Shown here one piece after another: positions 60,971 through 64,000 of a stretch of DNA of 64,000 nt. Below the pieces are notes generated by a model. The model saw only the letters and a list, made by a program, of their open reading frames with translations, searched no databases and had not been told where the DNA came from. Numbering within the stretch: the first letter of the stretch is position 1; each line of letters opens with the position of its first letter. The stretch is from positions 38,316,001 to 38,380,000 of the forward strand of contig NC_090346.1 of the NCBI RefSeq assembly GCF_035084215.1, read 5' to 3'. The stretch comes from Heptranchias perlo (taxonomy: Eukaryota). A program made the position numbers and the translations under genes.

Positions 60971-62560
60971 GTGGGAGACTTCTACTGCCTCCCAAAGATA
61001 CACAAAGCCAACACACCCGGACGTCCTATCGTATCAGGCAACGGAACCCTGTGTGAGAGCCTCTCTGGATACGTCGAGGGCATCCTGAAACCCATCATAC
61101 AGGGAACCCCCAGCTTCTGTCACGACACTACAGACTTCCTACAAAAACTCAGTACCCACGGACCAGTTGAACCAGGAACACTTCTCACCACGATGGACGT
61201 TTCGGCACTCTACACCAGTATCCCCCACGATGACGGCATCACTGCGACAGCATCAATACTCAACACCAACAACAGCCAATCTCCAGACCGCATCGTACAA
61301 CTCATCCGCTTCATCCTGGATCACAATGTCTTCACCTTCGATAACCAGTTCTTTACCCAAACACACGGAACAGCCATGGGGACCAAATTTGCACCCCAAT
61401 ACGCCAACATTTTCATGCACAAGTTCGAGCAGGACTTCTTCACTGCACAGGACCTCCAACCAACGCTATACACCAGATACATCGACGACATTTTCTTTCT
61501 ATGGACCCACGGCGAAGAATCACTAAAGAGACTACACGATAACATCAACAAGTTCCATCCCACCATCAAGCTCACCATGGACTACTCCTCAGAATCAGTT
61601 TCTTTCTTGAACACACGAATCTCCATCAAAGACAGGCACCTCAGCACCTCACTCTACCGCAAGCCCACGGACAACTTCACGATGCTCCACTTTTCCAGCT
61701 TCCACCCTAACCACGTCAAAGAGGCCATCCCCTATGGACAGGCCCTGCGAATACACAGGGTCTGCTCAGACGAGGAGGAACGCGATGGACACCTACAGAC
61801 GCTGAAAGACGCCCTAGTAAGAACGGGATATGACGCTCGACTCATCGATCGACAGTTCCAACGGGCCACAGCGAAAAATCGCGTAGACCTCCTCAGAAGA
61901 CTAACACGGGACGCAACCAACAGAGTACCCTTCATCGTCCAGTACTTCCCCGGAGCGGAGAAACTACGTCATGTTCTCCGCAGCCTTCAACATGTCATCA
62001 ATGACGAAGAACACCTCGCTATGGCCATCCCCACACCTCCACTACTCGCCTTTAAACAGCCACCCAACCTCAAACAGACTATTGTTCGCAGCAAATTACC
62101 CAGCTTTCAGGAGAACAGCATCCACGACACCACACAACCCTGCCACGGTAACCTCTGCAAGACATGCCAGATCATCGACACAGATACCACCATCACACGA
62201 GAGGACACCACCCACCAGGTGCATGGTTCATACTCCTGTGACTCGGCCAACGTTGTCTACCTCATACGTTGCAGGAAAGGATGCCCCAGAGCATGGTACA
62301 TTGGCGAGACCATGCAGACGCTGCGACAACGGATGAACGGACACCGCGCAACAATCGCCAGACAGGAGGGTTCCCTCCCAGTCGGGGAACACTTCAGCAG
62401 TCAGGGACATTCAGCCACCGACCTTCGGGTAAGCGTACTCCAAGGCGGCCTTCGAGACACACAACAACGCAAAATCGTCGAGCAGAAATTGATAGCCAAG
62501 TTCCGCACCCATGAGGACGGCCTCAACCGGGATCTTGGGTTCATGTCACGCTACACGTAA
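60971..62560 (+). CDS. Penelope-like reverse transcriptase-GIY-YIG endonuclease ORF (5'-truncated; frame continues upstream to ~60621 across one TAA at 60818-60820)
   Basis: ADKGGAIV, FYCLPKIHK..PGRPIVS, MDVSALYTSIP, GTAMG, RYIDDIF, PCHGNLCKTC linker, VVYLIRC...YIGET, GLNRD. Confidence 0.93.
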   Translation: MGDFYCLPKIHKANTPGRPIVSGNGTLCESLSGYVEGILKPIIQGTPSFCHDTTDFLQKLSTHGPVEPGTLLTTMDVSALYTSIPHDDGITATASILNTNNSQSPDRIVQLIRFILDHNVFTFDNQFFTQTHGTAMGTKFAPQYANIFMHKFEQDFFTAQDLQPTLYTRYIDDIFFLWTHGEESLKRLHDNINKFHPTIKLTMDYSSESVSFLNTRISIKDRHLSTSLYRKPTDNFTMLHFSSFHPNHVKEAIPYGQALRIHRVCSDEEERDGHLQTLKDALVRTGYDARLIDRQFQRATAKNRVDLLRRLTRDATNRVPFIVQYFPGAEKLRHVLRSLQHVINDEEHLAMAIPTPPLLAFKQPPNLKQTIVRSKLPSFQENSIHDTTQPCHGNLCKTCQIIDTDTTITREDTTHQVHGSYSCDSANVVYLIRCRKGCPRAWYIGETMQTLRQRMNGHRATIARQEGSLPVGEHFSSQGHSATDLRVSVLQGGLRDTQQRKIVEQKLIAKFRTHEDGLNRDLGFMSRYT

Positions 62561-62828
62561 CCCCACCAGCGAACAAAAGCTATCTGTTTTTAATGTAACG
62601 GGTCATTTGCTGGCTTTCTCTGCCTTCCGGATGTTTCTGCCTCTCCCTCTCTGTTTTTTTTTCTGTTTGTTTTTTTTTTGTTGACTGTATATTCGGGGGC
62701 TCTGCAGGTAACACCTCTCTGTCTGAACACTGTGATTGCCTTGGCAACGGGCAGTTGCAAAGACTATCTGTAATCACCATGTATTATTCTGTGATTTATA
62801 AATGCGTAGGCTTCGAGGAGTTCCTGAC

Positions 62829-62869
62829 ATTTACCTGAGGAAGGAGGAAGCCTCCGAAAGCTTGTAAAT
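62829..62869 (+). ncRNA. Minimal type I hammerhead ribozyme motif
   Basis: ATTTAC-CTGAGGA-A-GGAGG-AAG-CCTCC-GAAA-GC-TT-GTAAAT in the sense pLTR. Confidence 0.78.
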
Positions 62870-63130
62870 TTCAAATAAAATCGTTGGACTATAACTTGGT
62901 GTTGTAAAATTGTTTACAAGAAAGAAGGACTTTAGAAAGAGAGGGAGAGGGAGAAAGAAATAGAAATTGGACCTTGTAGCATCCGTTTGATGGGCGTAAA
63001 ACGGTAGCAACAATGCACATTTTTGGGGATCAACATCAACAACAACAACAACTTGCATTTATATAGCACCTTTAAGATATGTAAGGAATCTTACAACACC
63101 AGGTTATAGTCCAACAATTTTATTTTAAAA

Positions 63131-63167
63131 TCACAAGCTTTCGGAGATTATCCCCTTCGTCAGGTGA
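63131..63167 (-). ncRNA. Minimal type I hammerhead ribozyme motif
   Basis: Mirror image of 63599-63635. Confidence 0.72.
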
Positions 63168-63598
63168 ATGAGTGGAAGATTCTCAAATCGCATATCTTAT
63201 ATTAGGCTGGGACAGCATCACACCAATCAAAAGGTGTCGTTGTTGTTCAAACAGGCCAGTCATGGAGAACAGCACGTCCCAGTACACTGGATATACATTG
63301 TGTCAATTACACAGACAGAAAGAAAGAGACCCAAATGGCAGAGAGAGAGAGAGAATATTAAAACACATAACTTTTTTTCCCAAAAAAAGTTATGTGTTTT
63401 AATATTCTCTCTCTCTCTCTCTCTCTGCCATTTGGGTCTCTTTCTTTCTGTCTGTGTAATTGACACAATGTATATCCAGTGTACTGGGACGTGCTGTTCT
63501 CCATGACTGGCCTGTTTGAACAACAACGACACCTTTTGATTGGTGTGATGCTGTCCCAGCCTAATATAAGATATGCGATTTGAGAATCTTCCACTCAT

Positions 63599-63635
63599 TC
63601 ACCTGACGAAGGGGATAATCTCCGAAAGCTTGTGA
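63599..63635 (+). ncRNA. Minimal type I hammerhead ribozyme motif
   Basis: TCAC-CTGACGA-A-GGGGA-TAA-TCTCC-GAAA-GC-TT-GTGA; stem II differs from the other copies but still pairs. Confidence 0.72.
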
Positions 63636-64000
63636 TTTTAAAATAAAATTGTTTACTATAACCTGGTGTTGTAAGATTCCTTACATTTGTCCACCCCAGT
63701 CTATCACCGGCATCTCCACACCTTTAACATAGTACAACGTCCCAAGGCGCTTCACAGGAGCGTATTCAAATAAAAATTGACACCGAGCCACATAAGGAGG
63801 TATTAGGACAGAGGCAGGTTTAAAGGAGCATCTTAATGGAGGAGAGAGAGATAGAGAGGCGGAGAGGTTTAGGGGGGGAATTCCAGAGCTTAGGGCCCAG
63901 GCAGCTGAAGGCACAGCCGCCAATGGTGGAGCGATTAAAATCAGGGATGAGCAAGAGGCAAGAATTGGAGGAGCGCAGAGATCTTGGAGGGTTGTAGGGC

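Larger units (their letters stand above)
59391..62919. mobile_element. Penelope-like retroelement (Neptune-type) with inverted structure
   Basis: Tail + pLTR + 3' ORF on the - strand (59391-60620) fused to a 5'-truncated ORF + pLTR on the + strand (60621-62919); flanks ACAAGAA(C/A)GAAGGA. Confidence 0.93.
63076..63718. mobile_element. Penelope-like pLTR fold-back element of a different subfamily (~300-bp arms, CCC loop, tail on the right)
   Basis: Arms 63079-63378 / 63382-63686; tail ttgtccaccccagtctatcaccggcatctcca; CACCTTTAA duplicated at 63067-63075 and 63719-63727. Confidence 0.9.
63040..64000 (-). mobile_element. L2-type LINE 3' end interrupted by the Penelope hairpin
   Basis: aacaacaacaacttgcatttatatagcacctttaa resumes as cacctttaacatagtacaacgtcccaaggcgcttcacagg at 63719. 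Confidence 0.8.

Noticed and set aside
63168-63598. Pairs of near-identical ORFs on opposite strands (112 aa, 76-78 aa)
   Set aside because: A by-product of the palindrome; non-coding pLTR sequence.

Overview
Vertebrate genomic DNA, very likely from a cartilaginous fish (inferred from the repeat landscape: CR1 and L2 LINE fragments, tRNA/Deu-domain SINEs, PIF/Harbinger transposons). The one confidently identified host gene is a two-coding-exon galanin/spexin receptor (galr2b-like, + strand, 30994-31361 + 33845-34595, 372 aa). Splice-bounded minus-strand exons at 8283-8612 and 16922-17140 suggest a second gene, tentatively ANKFN1-like. Two mobile systems dominate. (1) At least seven PIF/Harbinger-derived copies plus related MITEs: one near-intact 4.2-kb element (25203-29412; 13-bp TIRs, ACT target duplication, intact 411-aa DDE transposase, 3-exon Myb/SANT partner gene), three decayed transposases, derivatives that lost the transposase but kept the Myb gene, and a recurring ANT-type 3-bp target duplication. 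(2) Three Penelope-like (RT + GIY-YIG) insertions, all fold-back structures (0.22, 0.64 and 3.5 kb) with target duplications and a one-sided ~33-nt tail. Each arm carries a minimal hammerhead ribozyme whose stems covary between copies. All calls were made by eye, with no database search; edges of degraded repeats are approximate.
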